A DNA stretch of 64,000 bases, taken from contig OZ024741.1 in assembly GCA_964016885.1 (NCBI GenBank), forward strand, positions 291,524,001 to 291,588,000. The letters are read 5' to 3'. The stretch is from Eledone cirrhosa. Taxonomy: Eukaryota. Positions 42,518 through 57,079 of the stretch are shown piece after piece (within the stretch, counting starts at the first letter, position 1; each line of letters begins with the position of its first letter). The position numbers and the translations under genes were made by a program. The notes beneath the pieces are model-generated. The model was not told the DNA's origin. It ran no database searches and saw only the letters and a program-made list of their open reading frames with translations.

Positions 42518-42605
42518 ATTCCTATCGCTTTCTCTTTGCTCATAGCTTCGTACTTACACTGCACACACACTCTTTTACACATTTATTCTTAGCTTCGTAC
42601 GAACC

Positions 42606-42749
<144 letters not shown>

Positions 42750-43014
42750 GTCTAAAGTTTAACATGGCTCATTGATTACTCAATGAATATAGTTTTACAT
42801 TAGATTAAAAGCACTCTACAAGAAAAGTTTTCTGGAGTTATTATTATTCAGAATAATAATAAATGAAGACATTCACATAATCAAAATATATGTTTTATTG
42901 TATATATTTCGAAGGCACTGTGCTGTTTTTTCAGTACCTCCTCGGCAGATAAAATATATGAATTGATGTATGACATACCTCAACGGTCTTGAAAGTTCTC
43001 GATAAAATAACGGA

Positions 43015-43799
43015 GTCATAGACTCTCGTTATTCTCTGTCAATAAGGTGCTCAAAGGAAAAGGAAACCTTAGCTCTTTAAAGTACAATATGTTGAAAAGG
43101 TAACACACTAGAGAGAGAAAGTGTGCCACCAATAAAACAGGGAAAACCACCAGTGTATGGAATCTATACTCTATAGAAGGCAGGGTAGACACACAATAAT
43201 TAAAAATATAAATTAAAATGAATATACGCACCTCTACGCGAACAAATCCATAGAGATCTGTTTCGTCAGGAGGCTGTTGACTGAAATAGAATAGCGTATA
43301 GTTCATCAGCGTGTGCAAGACTATACATTCCAGACAACTCTAAGAGAATTTAAAGCGACCGTTCAGCTACACGCGGCAGAGAGATGTCACAGCGTGTTTA
43401 GGGCAGTGAACCAGTGGTATCAGCTAGAAAGAGCAGCACAAAAACCACTCAAAGAAGTGTGCTCAACCAAACAGAGAGAGAGGAAAGACTGTTATAAGGA
43501 GCGAAATATCATTATAAATTAGCGGAGCATTAGACTTGTTATTCCCTGTCAATAATGTGCTCAAAGGAAAAGGAATCGTGAGCTCAGGGTAGACACACAA
43601 TAATTAAAAATATAAATTAAAATGTATATAACTATATAACACACGCGTACAAATCCAAAGAGATCTGTTTCGCCAGGAGGCTGTTGACTGAAATGGAACA
43701 GCCTATTCTGTGTCTACCCTACCTTCCATGGAGTATAGATTCCATACACTGGTGGTTTTCCCAGTTTTATTGATGGTACACTTTCTCTCTCTAGTGTGT

Positions 43800-43805
<6 letters not shown>
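43015..43805. repeat. Degenerate tandem (~510 bp) plus inverted-arm element with a decayed minus-strand HHR
   Basis: 43020.. repeats at 43531.. and 43705-43805 is the reverse complement of ~43090-43195. Minus strand shows CTGATGA...GAAACAGATCT at ~43250-43310. Confidence 0.55.
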
Positions 43806-43891
<86 letters not shown>

Positions 43892-44169
43892 GAAAGTTAT
43901 AGAAAGTATTGTAGCAAGAAGCCAAAGAGAGAGAGAGAGAGAGAGGAGGGCAACGGTTTCAAACACAGAGACAAGATACTTTCATTGGAATTTAGATATC
44001 AATTAGTTAAATTCATTTCTATGTCTGTATGTGTTTTTGTTTTTATGTGTGCAGGTATAGGTCTTATTGCATTGTGGATCTGTATATTTTGTATTATATA
44101 TGTACACATGGATATGTTTCTGTATCTATACATGTGTATATGCAGTTATTACATGCTTAATTTCTGAAA

Positions 44170-45700
44170 CGTTTTACATATTTTGCAGTTCCGTTAACAG
44201 ACTGTACTTGCAACTTCAAACTAGTCGTGCGCTTTCTGGTTCTGTAAAGTCCAGTTTCTCAAGATTTGTAATGGGGCAGTTAGTAACGTATTCATGAGCC
44301 CCAATGGTCAGAGATATATATTTAAATGTATAGTCTGGGTGGAGATTCTGCAGATTCCTCATTAGTTCAGCACAAATATTCTCCTTTTCACCGATCTTTA
44401 GCCTTATATTGATATCTATTGGGGAGCTGACTTCCACTACTCTGCATGACTTCTTTTCTGTCCCATATCACTATGTCTGGTTTTGTTGGGTTTGATTTTT
44501 ATTGGGGTTTTGACTAGAACATACCACCAGTGCTCTTTCATGTTATGTATGTATATGTCCTTTACGTTGTTGGTCGCTACATCATGCCTCATAGATAGAT
44601 AGTATCGTGATGACATCTTTGACCAGCTGCTTAAGATATGGGTGACATCTCCGATCATAATCCATCTGAGTCAGCATCTGTTGTCACATTAAGTTGTTTT
44701 ACCGACATCCAAATCTCTTTTGTGGATGAGGTATTTCGTAGTTATTTCCTGTTCTTGGATTTCAAATACATATCCTTCAATATACCGGTTTTGGGTCCAA
44801 GATAGGCTACTTTGCTTATATATATATTACTCTCAATTTGAAGCTTTCTGGCAACATAACCATGCATGATTTCTATTGCTGATAAGCATAGAGTTTTTCA
44901 TTCATGGATTCATTACGGTGTTGCTGTTCCTGTTCAATATCCTTGGGTGTGAATTTTGGTTATCCTGTAAGGAGTAATTCTCAAGGAGTCCTTCCCAACT
45001 CTCATAATATTATCTGTCTCGTGTAAATAGATGGGCTCCTACACATGGTGTTTCGTAAATGTTGTAGGAGGATATGATGCGAAACTCAAATGCTGTCTGG
45101 ACTCATGTTAGGTCACTGCCTCTCTGTTTGGGTTTCAGTTAGAGTCGGTCTATATCATTGTTGATGTGGAAATTTCCTGTTGTTTAGGAATTGTCAGGTA
45201 ACATCGATGGTTTGAATTTATCTAGCTTCCAATCAAGTATTCCAAAAGTTGGTGTCAGGAAAAGCCAGCAAAAACATTGTCGCCACTGATTTATTGTGCG
45301 CAGAGAATTCAGAAGACCATATTTTTCTTATTCGGGTGTTGTATAGCCTGGTTACGTGTTCCTTGTTACAAACGCTTATGTTTATCTAACCTTAATTATC
45401 TGTAGTATGCATTGTCAAATACATGTTCTATAGTTAGGCCATTCATAAAAATGTTGATAGATTGGCTTTACAATAATATATGAGCATTTATCCTGACCAA
45501 ACTCTATTCCTATATCTTTCAAGAACATCGAAACCAGATCATGATTTTTTTTCAAACCATTTATGTTCTTGGCATAGAGTTGCAGGTTATCTACAAAAAA
45601 ATTATTGGTTAGGTTTATATTCTTGTCCTCCAGTGAGCCATTTATGTATCATTCATATTTCTTCAGTAGAAAGTACAAGGGGTATAATGTCAGTATAAAT
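44170..45700 (-). mobile_element. Decayed relative of the 18800-21880 R4/Dong-like element, including the RLE end
   Basis: Reverse-complement similarity to 21100-21880 plus an RLE-like EVSSP.DINI...YISLTIGA. A second 3' piece lies at 45955-46170. Confidence 0.75.
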
Positions 45701-47068
45701 AATATGTATATGTATGTTGCATATTCTTCTGGTTTCATAATTTTATAAAATTTCACCAACACTGGAGACAGAGTGTCGGTTTCTAACATAAACATAAGAC
45801 TCATTTGAATTTACACAACATCGATTAGCTAGTTATATACGCATGTCTGCATGCATATGTGTGCATGTATTGATGTTATTGAATGAGTAGATGTGTATGT
45901 TTTGAGTTGTATGTGTGCATGTGTATATGCTTTGTATCTGTATATGTGCACATGCATAATTTTTACTGTTCCATTAAAAGATTGTACTTGTAATTTCTTA
46001 ACTAGTCGTGTTTTTTCTGTTTCTGTGAAGCCTAGCTTCACAAGATTTGTACTGGGGCAATTATTAACATCCCAGTGCCCCAATAATCACTGGTATAAAT
46101 ATGAAGTTGTAGTCAAGGTATCTGCAGATTACTCGTTAGTTCTGCATAGATATTCTCTTTCTCGCTAATCTTTAATATTATTTTATGTATGTATGTATGT
46201 ATGTATGTATGTATGTATGTATGTATGTATGTATGTATGTATGTATGTATGTATGTATGAACACAGACACAAACAAACACATACATATTTATTGCAGAAT
46301 TGCTGAGAGCCACAATTAAAGTAATTTACTCAATACATCAGGTAATGATAATATCTAATTTTATTTCATTGACAGTAATATTAACCGGACTATATTATAT
46401 AGTTATATAGGTATAATTAATGATTATATAGTATTTACTGTTTAATTCTGGTTCATGAATTTAAGTTTCATCGCAGGAAAGAGAATTGTCAGATCTATAA
46501 TTTTATCTTTTAGTCAAAATAAAAGTTAACACCACGCCATCATACATACGATATATAAGTTAATTTTTATTTAAAAAAACATATTTTGATCATTATCAAT
46601 CTGATATCATTTATTCATTGACACAAACTTTAGTCATGGATCGTTGGCAGATTAAAACATATTTGAAATATGATATGAATAACTTTTATGATGGTTGTTA
46701 TTCTGTAACTATGAAGCGTTTTACAGTGGGTAATCCTTGTAAATCTAGTGATCGAATTTTTAGATTGAATTTCTCGTGTTTACCTACAAGAATTACACAT
46801 TGTAAAACCGTTTTGATTAAATTCTTTCGACAAAATCAGGTCTGCTCGGATAGCATTCCTAAAAAGGCTCTATGGGCCTTTGATTTGGGCCTCTCATGAG
46901 GACTTCTAGAGTGGGCTGCTGCTGTGACCTTCTCGTCATTATCCCCATGAAGTCTGTCTGATTCCGGCATTTAAAGCAGCCAGTTTACGCCTCCTTTGTA
47001 GGTATGTACTTTAGTGGTTTCTATGCTGTACTCCACTTACTCAAGGGACAATGTAGTTGACAAATATT

Positions 47069-47142
<74 letters not shown>

Positions 47143-47174
47143 TGTGTGTGTATGTGTGTGTGTGTGTGTATGTG

Positions 47175-47205
<31 letters not shown>

Positions 47206-48208
47206 CTGTGTGTGTGTGTGTGTGTAGTTGCTATTCTCTTTGTGTTACTGTTTTTGTTGTTCTGTGAATTGTGACTAATTCGCCGTGTCCCTACATACGT
47301 ACTATAAGAAATATTCTTAAAGCCTTCTAAATCAAATGGCCAGTACAAACAAAGGTTATCGACAATTTTAATGTATCTATAGAAAATATATTTGGTTCAT
47401 CTATTGAAAGGTATAATTTCTTATTAAACACAAGTAAAACTATCTAAAACTAGTAAACCCATAAATATTGATTCAATTGTTATATGAGGACTATTAAAAT
47501 AAGCAGCAAGCAGACAGACATTCAATTGAGGTTTTTAAGCTGCTGAAATTATGACGAATCATCTTTTACTTATATTTTTGTTCACTTTCGCAGTTACACG
47601 GAAATCAGGTATGTCCAACCCTTATTATTATTATCTCCCAACGAGCGGAATATTGAGAGTAAGTTAAACAATTTTTCACTTTTTATTGTGTTTTTGTTTT
47701 GATATGCAGTCTTTTTCCTGCTACTAATTTTGTCTCTCACTCTTTTAAGTTGTGAATTAGACTGGTTATCTACGCACGTGGCTGACACATTTCAGCTCGC
47801 TACTATATTGGTATATAATGGATGATCGCATTTAATGTCCGTTAAAGGTTCTTGGTACTACCATTGTTACCATCGCTTTCCTCTGGCCATGGGGCTTGGA
47901 GACATGAACCGAATGCTACCATTCTATTTTATATCAATGTGAACTGCTATTTCTAATAGCCATCTTTTCACCTCTTGATAATTTGTGTGTGAGACACGTT
48001 GGCTGAGGCTTCTGACAGGAACTAATAGATTGATTCTTTTTAGCTTCCCGTCCCCACGTAAAATTTGTAAATCAGTGGCTAGTTGAGAGATAGGGTCCTA
48101 TCGGTAGCCAGTTAATCGCTTTACCGTGTCGGTTGTCACAAACAGTCATGACCGGCGCGGGCCGGTGTTTGGATTATGTCGATCGATTGGTTATTGATTA
48201 GGCGATAA

Positions 48209-48316
48209 CCGCTGATGAAGCAGCATAAGCCGATTGTGCATTGTTGCTTAATATATGCAGACAGATGGTGCAGTGCACCTTACTGCTGCATTAGTGCTGC
48301 AGAAACTCGAATCCGG
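48209..48316 (+). ncRNA. Type I HHR with extended stem II
   Basis: CCG-CTGATGA-aGCAGCA..(~70 nt)..TGCTGCa-GAAA-CTCGAA-TC-CGG. Stem III has one mismatch. Confidence 0.6.
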
Positions 48317-48462
48317 GAACCTTATAGGCACCCGTTTTACGTGTGTTTTGTTGAGGCAAATAACTATGTGTATACTCTGGTAATGTATCTTACATTTCCC
48401 ATTGAGTGCGCTGAGATACAACCGGTACTGGCATTGATAAATATGCTGGGTCTGTCAAGCCT

Positions 48463-48510
<48 letters not shown>

Positions 48511-48513
<3 letters not shown>

Positions 48514-48937
48514 AAAGAACACAAGAGCGTCTACAACATCAAAAGATTTTTATTGGCTTACAATGTTTCTTCCTTACGTAACCGTAGAATTCGTCAGAGC
48601 TATAAAAGGGGTTTGATTGGTGTTATGGACTCTACCAACCAAACATTCAAGAACAAAGAGTAAAGAGAGTAAAGAGCAAAAGTAGTGTATACTGGAATGC
48701 CATGCCATAATACACTCTAAACCGAACCTGCTTAACAGGAAATCTGAAATTTTCTCCTCTTGCCAACACAAAATCCTGAGTTCCTTCTTCTATTTTAAAC
48801 CTTGCACATAGACGTAACAAATATCACGCAACCCCCACCAAGACTATAGCCCCCCCAACCCGTAACCCAGATAGATAGGTACCCTAAGGGTTGTACAGTC
48901 CCCTACAAGGTTGGTGTTTTTGCGTGTGTGTATGTGT

Positions 48938-48983
<46 letters not shown>

Positions 48984-51184
48984 TCTCCTTTTTTCTCTCT
49001 CACACACACACACACAGACATATGTATGTGTGTGTGCGTGCGTGTGTTCATGCATGCATGTGTGCGTGCATTGTATGCATGTATATATATATATGTATAT
49101 TGTATGCATGCGTATTATATTGTGTGTATGTGTATATGTGACATGTATGTGAATATATGTATGTATGCGTATGTGTGTGTATGTGTATGTGTGAGTGTAT
49201 GATGTGTGTATATATGTGTATATGTATGTATACTTTTCTGTAGAAATCCTCTCTATATGTGGTGTGTGGCACGAATTCCTCCTATAATACTCTTCTTTGA
49301 GAGGAGCACGATATGCAGAGTAACACATATGTATTGTTGAAGTTGAAACTGAGAACCACCACCCCTCCTGCTGACCCAAATGTTTACTGAGGACCAGAAC
49401 ACCATTCTCCACAATATAAGAGCGAAATGCGCTTGCCGGACTATTGATGACCATAACATCACATTCCAAGGTAATGGCAAAACACAGTGAATGCTATGCA
49501 CGACCAGAACACCACAACATGCACATCTGAGCAACACAGATATAATATCAATAGGCGAATCAACTGAATTTTTTTAGTTGAAATTCATATGGATATGTGT
49601 CTGTGTGTATCGGACACACGTACACATAAAGAAGCTGCTGACTTAAATGTACCTGTCATGCCTGTCTGAATTCCTAAGGGAATTTTCGGCCAGTTGCTAT
49701 CTTGACCGATTGTAGTACCAGTGGGTGAATCAATTGAGTTTTTTGAGTTGAAATACATATAAATGTGTGTCTGTGTGTGTCGGACACACGTACACATAAA
49801 GAAGCTGCTGACCTAAATGTGCCTGTCATGCCTGTCTGAATTCCTAAGAGAATTTTCGGTCAGTTGCTGACTTGACCGATTAACCCCACAATTACTATGT
49901 AGCGGTTCTCGCACGTGACTGCTGGACCCGGATGAAACGAAGACGAAGAATTTCCTTGCGTACCGTTTTGTACCACAGATGCGATCTCACCCTGCCTCGT
50001 TAATGTTCTATCGACACCAAAGTTCAACGTTCGGGCTAATAGAATTGAATTCAACCACCAACAACATAGCTGGATGACCGATAATCACACCAAACCGGAG
50101 TACTGTGATCCTTGTGATTTCCAGATATACAACCACTGACACTGTTACGAAGACCAGAAAACCATACTCCATAATATTGAACCAAGTGATTGATTTGTGC
50201 GACCAAACTAACACCACACACATATTGAACTAGGAATATTGGATCCTCCGTCAATGTCCGGGTGAGCAAAAATAGATTTCTATCTGCATTGGAATTTACG
50301 AACTTGTGCATCTGCTGTGGTGTTAAAAACAAACGCGCATGACCGCACAGTTAAACAATGGACTATGCCACGTGGCTTGAACCTGTAAGTGAATTGAAGG
50401 TTCTGTAACTCTGATACACAGATTATTTATTATTAAGATGTATAAACTTGACATAACTATTATCATCTTATATTCTCTCAACTAATCACATTTGATCATA
50501 TTTCTCTATCCCGTTTTCTCCCCCCATAATTATAATATTTTTATTTTAATTTGAAAAAAAATCGGTTTTTTTACATTGTGTTTTCCCCTCCAAATATTCG
50601 CTTATATTTCTTTATATATTCTCTATATATTTTTTTACATATATATTTTTTTTATCTTTATTATTTCCACTTTTATCCTCCTTTATATTTTACCTTATTC
50701 TTACTTTTATACCTTATTATAGTGTAATCTTCACCATGCCTTATTATACACTATTAATTATAGATTATTATTATTACTCTTTTTCCATTTCTAATTACCT
50801 CATGTACTTTCTCCTCCGCTATATATATATATATATATTGTATGCCCTTTGTGTTTGTGTAGCCTCTGCACACCCTCTGCACCATACTATCGACGCCACC
50901 CCATCTATGGTTCAGCTAACCACTCGACTCCCGGGAATGAATATGACCGAAGCTAGTAAACAAGGACCCACACCCCACCCTCCCGCACCAAAATTAGACT
51001 TATCGTCCCCTACTTCTGCTCTTTACTCTCTTTACTCTTTGTTCTTGAATGTTTGGTTGGTAGAGACCATGACACCAATCAAACCCCTTTTATAGCTCTG
51101 ACGAATCCTACGGTTGCGTAAGGAAGAAACATTGTAAGCCAATAAAAATCTGTTGATGTTGTAGACGCTCTTGTGTTCTTTATC
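48511..51184 (+). mobile_element. 5'-truncated PLE with inverted pLTR: GIY-YIG C-terminus, long 3' region and terminal HHRs
   Basis: 48511-48685 is the reverse complement of 51010-51184. 48686-48810 translates CILECHAII..LLNRKSEIFSSCQHK, homologous to ~25197-25290. HHRs at 51095-51139 (+) and 48556-48600 (-). Confidence 0.8.
51095..51139 (+). ncRNA. Type I HHR in the PLE pLTR
   Basis: GCT-CTGACGA-aTCCT ACG gttg CGT a AGGAa-GAAA-CATTG-TA-AGC. Confidence 0.75.
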
Positions 51185-51332
51185 ATATATACGGCTCTGC
51201 TCCAAAGCATAGAGCTAATTATTATGCTGCCAATACCTTAATGGGACACGGGTATACAATACCTAACTCCTATTAACCTAAGTATTTATATATATATATA
51301 TACATCTATATAGAGTATGCGCTGCTTAGTTT

Positions 51333-51402
<70 letters not shown>

Positions 51403-51703
51403 TAAAGTATAAATATTGCTGTGAGCGTGAAGCCAACAGTATTTCATAATATATAAGTGACTATAACGTCAAAATGGAAAAATAGTTAACGTAAGATGTG
51501 GGAATATATATGTATATATTTAATACAATAACAGAGATAGCTTAAAGCTAAACTCTGACTGGTAACCATATCACTCAACAAACATTAGGTTATATGTTAG
51601 TATAAACCCAATTTAAGTGTTTGGGGTGCTAACTATATGTATTATGTGGAAAGCCAGTTGTATTATTTTATGAGATATAATTAAAGTTAAAATATATCTC
51701 TCT

Positions 51704-51828
51704 TTCCAAACAATTGTTTCATTATAAGTTTTCTACAAATTAGGAGAATGTTTCCAATTTATGTAGAAGCCTAACATATATTCATGTAAGAATATATTTA
51801 GGTGGGCGTTTATAAATCATCAGTGGAA
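51704..51828 (-). ncRNA. Type I HHR with ~90-nt stem II insertion
   Basis: TTCCA-CTGATGA-tTTATAA...TTATAAt-GAAA-CAATTG-TT-TGGAA. Confidence 0.65.
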
Positions 51829-52557
51829 GCCCATTAAACTTTGATGTAAGAAAAAATTCTTACCGCAGTTAAAAATCGTGTCTGCTAAGCTGCTCCCTCA
51901 CGCATCGAATGACCACCAAATTTGAAATTCCAGCAGTTTTTGACTGAGGAAGTATTATAGCGTCACGAAGCGGGAAGGGGAGACAACTAATACACGAGAA
52001 AAGAAAAAATAATATTCACGCGGGTTAATTAGTTATTATCAATCCAACGTGTTCAGAACTCAATTGAAATTAAAAAAATAAATGCATGCGTGTATTAATT
52101 ACACACGCATATAGATATTTTCTTAGGCTAAAAACAGAAGTCGTACCCGAATAACAAACCGCATTTCATAACCGTAGTAAATACGGAAAGTTACGCTTTA
52201 AAGGGCAATCGGGAATGTAAATCTCTGGCCGAATTAAGAGTAAAATATTAAATATACGTGGGTTAATTAGTTATTTCAAAACTAATATCAATTCCACGTG
52301 TTAAGAACTCAATTAATTTTAAAAAAAATAAAAATATGCATGTAATTATTTACACAGGCATATATATATTTTCTTAGGCTAAAAACAGAGAAGTGACAAC
52401 CAATGAACCATCATATCGCACAACAGTAATAAATACGGAAAGTCATATTTATAAGGTACCTGGAAATAAATACCTCTGGCCAATCAAGAGTAAAATATTT
52501 AATACAATAACAGAGATAGCTTAAAGCTAAACTCTGACTGGTAACCATCTCAATCAA

Positions 52558-52623
<66 letters not shown>

Positions 52624-52794
52624 CAATATCGGGGAAAGCTTTTTAGCGATACTCCGGCCAAATTCCAACTCACTCAACAAACATTAGGAAATAAGTGATT
52701 ATATTCCCAATTATGTGTTCGGGGTGCTAACTAAAAGTATTGCGTGGAAAATTGGCTGTATTATTTCAAATGAGACATATCTAATATATCTCTT

Positions 52795-52921
52795 CCCAGA
52801 CGGACGTCTCGTTTCATTATAGGACTCCTACAATTTGGGTGAAATTATACCAGTTTATGTAGGAGCTTGTATACCATCAATAGATATATATTCAAGTGGG
52901 CTCCTATAATTCATCAGTGGG
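52795..52921 (-). ncRNA. Type I HHR with ~90-nt stem II insertion (diverged paralogue of 51704)
   Basis: CCCA-CTGATGA-ATTATAGGA...TCCTATAAT-GAAA-CGAGACGTCCG-TC-TGGG. Confidence 0.75.
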
Positions 52922-53189
52922 TGCCCCAATAATACTAATATTGATAATCTAACCAACATCAGCATTTAGCGATAATCACTTTCTGTGCCTGAGGTTTCTG
53001 TCAGGTAGCCAGTCCAGCAGTTCAGAAGAAGTGCTCGAACTGATTCAATATATATAGTTAGAGAAGCAAAAAATTGCTTATTGTGATCCAGTTTTTGGTT
53101 AAGAAAGCCAGTTTCATGGATGGTTTCAGCGTAAGGTTAGGGGGTAACTCCACAAGTTTGTAAGAATTCCGTTCAATCTTGGAGTATAA

Positions 53190-53307
53190 AGTATAAAAGA
53201 GAAAACACAGGTAAGCATTAAGAGAAGGATTTTATCCAGGTATTTACGGTCGTAAATACCTGGATAAAATCCTTCTCTTAATCCTTACCTGTGTTTTCTC
53301 TTTTATG

Positions 53308-53309
<2 letters not shown>
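53190..53309. repeat. 120-bp palindrome abutting (TA)n
   Basis: Arms are reverse complements around TTTACGGTCGTAAA. Confidence 0.85.
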
Positions 53310-53371
<62 letters not shown>

Positions 53372-53816
53372 ATGTATATATATATATACTCATATATATA
53401 TATTTGTGTGTGTATATTTTAAAAACCCCACATTGCTAAGTCTTTGGAACATGAATTCAAAATAGAGGACGAAGATGGAAGGCACAATGAAAAGTAAAGT
53501 AACGCAAAGACGGACATACCCATCTCCTCAGTCAACCTATAGGAATCACAACGGTTTGGACGAATTATTATTGATACCGTTCGTTCCCTTGAACATTGGG
53601 ATATAGAAAAGCTGGCAGAGACAAAGTTAGTATATGTTATGACTTGTATCTGCTACTTTTCTCTCCTTCCCTTCGCGCACTGTTCTCACCCTCTTTTTAA
53701 GGTGACACATTTGTAATACTTTTTCATCCATATTTGTGTAATTCGCCTAATTTCATTACTTTTTCTCTCTTTGTCTCTAATTTGTTTGTCGCTCTCTTTC
53801 ATATATCATACATTAG

Positions 53817-54004
53817 GTGGTAACACAATAAACGATGAAGAAGCAGTGAGGAAAGTCCTTCATATGAATACCCCTGATCAAGTCGTTGACAGACTTACAG
53901 ATAAAACAGACCTTGGTGATAAGTTTGAAGTTAGGTTTGAACTAGCGGCCACTTTCGGAAAACTGCATTTTGAATCTTTAAAGATGATTGACGACAATTT
54001 AAAA
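53817..54004 (+). CDS. Internal exon of an unidentified host protein gene
   Basis: Pyrimidine tract plus TAG acceptor, open frame GNTINDEEAVRKVLH...MIDDNLK, GTAAGT donor in phase 0. Confidence 0.65.
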
Positions 54005-54579
54005 GTAAGTCAAACATTCGCAATACCATTATTCTCTCTCAGATATTTCCAGTTACTTATTATCACACTAGTATGACTAATATTTATCAATTACTCTATA
54101 GTCTACTAGTTCCCAAATTTATCTTGTCACAGATCTCTTATAGGGTTTTCCACATTATCGGCCATCCTATAGATTGATAATATCATACCTTATTGTAATA
54201 AGTGGCTTCTACAATTTAGTGTATACGTGTTTATGAGGTTGGCTTCGCAATCATTAAGTCTCGGGTTCGATCGTTCTTCGTACCATCACTGTCAATGTGC
54301 ATATACCATGGCTTCAGGTCGATTCGCGCCATATGAGTAACGTTGGATAGACAGAAATATTTTGGAAACATTGGATTGACTGAGCTTTTAATTCAAAAAG
54401 GCACTGTTGCTACACACTCTGAACGCTGAATACCTCTGAGAATTACATTAAATTAAACTTACCTGCGGAATGCTCAAGTATTTATACGTTAATTTCATGA
54501 GTAGACTAGAAGTCCCATCGTCGATATCGGCGGAGATCCGTTCCTTGCATGTTTGTACGTATACATTTCTACTTCACAG

Positions 54580-54771
54580 ATAATGGTTGCTGGAGCTATA
54601 AGTAAAATCAATAACATGAATGTAAGAACTTGGAAAGGAATTTTGGATTCATTAGACGAAGTACCTTCTCTAAAGATGGTTGGTCGAAGAAGGGATTTTA
54701 CAGACGAATATATGATACAACCCCAAACTAAATTGATCGATTTTTATTCCCACACTGTTGACCATTTTGTG
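54580..54771 (+). CDS. Next exon of the same gene
   Basis: CAG acceptor, phase 0 to phase 0, IMVAGAISKIN...HTVDHFV, GTAGGT donor. Confidence 0.7.
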
Positions 54772-55143
54772 GTAGGTTACATATTGCACTTCTTATTTGC
54801 CCAGAATAACATGTTCTCTTTCATTGTTACAGAAATTTTTATTATCAAAGTACACATTATTTATAATGAATTTTTCAAAGGACACTTCTCCACGTTAAAA
54901 TTGCACACACACATATATAAGAATACATTTTTTGAAACATACTGAGCTTTTCTTTCAATAGACACATTTTTGTTATGGAAAATTACAACTACTTCCTATA
55001 GAAGAGAAAAGGTAAAACCTGTTCAGAAAATATTTAAACTTCTTTAAATTTGAAATTTATAAATTAAAACAATGAAAAAGTAAAACCTCAAATAGTATCT
55101 GAGCTATAGTATTTTATAATCAGGGAAAGACTTTATGCTCACC

Positions 55144-55201
<58 letters not shown>

Positions 55202-55252
55202 CAGGAAAGAAGGTTGACATGGTTTGCTATACAAAAAAGGTTTAATCACATA

Positions 55253-55357
55253 GCTTACATTTGTTTCACTGAGCTGGTAGGTCTAGAGTCGCTATTCGCT
55301 TATTTTCGCGTTACTCGATCGCCAATACAAAATTATAACCAGTCAGATCTTCGGAGC
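55253..55357 (-). ncRNA. Type I HHR (U4C variant) near a PLE-like 3' end, intronic and antisense to the host gene
   Basis: GCT-CCGAAGA-tCTGAcTGGT...ACCAgcTCAGt-GAAA-CAAATG-TA-AGC, ~55 nt before (TA)n. Same layout as 26760. Confidence 0.65.
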
Positions 55358-55735
55358 AATGAAGAAAATACACAGGCAAGAAAAGAATATACAGGCTACT
55401 ATATGAAGTAGTAATGGCATTCAATTAGAACACTAACAACAATTACAACAATGCTATTAATAAATTATTTAAGGAGACCCTAACATTACTTAGGTGGGGG
55501 GTATATAATGTATCTAACGTTACGGCGTGTAAAACTAGCTGTCATGAGGCAAAAGAAAGCGTTTGGCATGTACAGAGTATCGAAGTGTATATCAATTTTA
55601 AATTTTAAAGATAAGCTAGTGTTTACAGTCTTTCTCTTCATCTTCAATAGTATACATGAGTGGGACAACACTGTCAAAGCTAAATAGTTGTTGAGTTAAT
55701 ACAGAGGTTAACGAAGTAATATACGCATATATTTA

Positions 55736-55837
<102 letters not shown>

Positions 55838-56919
55838 TACACATGCATGTGTACATAGACACATACATACACATCAATATACACTCGTACAAAAATATAC
55901 ATACATGCAAAGAGATAAGCGTGCTAATTGTAATTATGGCAAAAAGAAGGTAAAGTTACATTGTGGTAGTGATTTGAGAAAAACTAGGATTTAGGATCAA
56001 ATGATGGCAGCAGCTGAGAAGGAATAAGTTTGTTGGTAGATGAGGTACTTACAGACAATTGTGTGGTATAGACTTGTGAAGGATATAGTATACTTAATGA
56101 ATATATTTCTGTGGGTAGTAGGTATCCTAATTTAAAGCTATGTTATGTTGGTTCGATTCACGGAGGTTTGAATCTTATGAATTTAGTAGCAATATATATA
56201 TATATATATATGTTGTGCTGAATAAGACACGTCCCACCCTTGCAAGCCGGGAAAAGCGGACGTAAAATGATGATGATGATATATATATATATGTGTGTAC
56301 ACGTACATACATATATGTATACAGACGTACAGTAGTATGTATATATATACATACATGCACACATATATATATATGTACGTATGGGTTTACCGAACATTTA
56401 TTATAATGTTCGGTTTGTTTACAAATAAATGTTCGGTAAACCCATACGTACATATATATATGTGTGCATGTATGTATATATATACATACTACTGTACGTC
56501 TGTATACATATATGTATGTACGTGTACATAATTATATTTAAGTAACAGCCGTACTAAGAGTGAGAAATGAAATTTCGTTTCATTTTTTCCATATATATAT
56601 ATATACAGTATATATGAAACGGATTACTCTCTCTATACATATATATGAGTGTTCGGAGCTAGGTGTCGAAAAGGCCCGAGTTCAGCCGCCGGGGCCCTAT
56701 ACTTTTCCTAGTGCCCACTTTACTACCCAAAGTTATGTTCCACCTGGTATCTTACCACACCCTCTTTGTTCTTTGTTATCTATATATATATATTGGAAAA
56801 TGTGTGAAATCCTTGGTACATTTAGGTATAGTTGCATGAAGAAAAATAATGATTCCACTTGTGGTTGGTATTCTAAACAATTTAATTTTAAAAGCCTAAC
56901 TGGTTTTTACCGCTTCCAT

Positions 56920-57079
<160 letters not shown>

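Noticed and set aside
46840-47001. Exon-like segment with CAG/GTATGT boundaries
   Set aside because: All three plus-strand frames contain stops. It could be a UTR exon but this cannot be supported.
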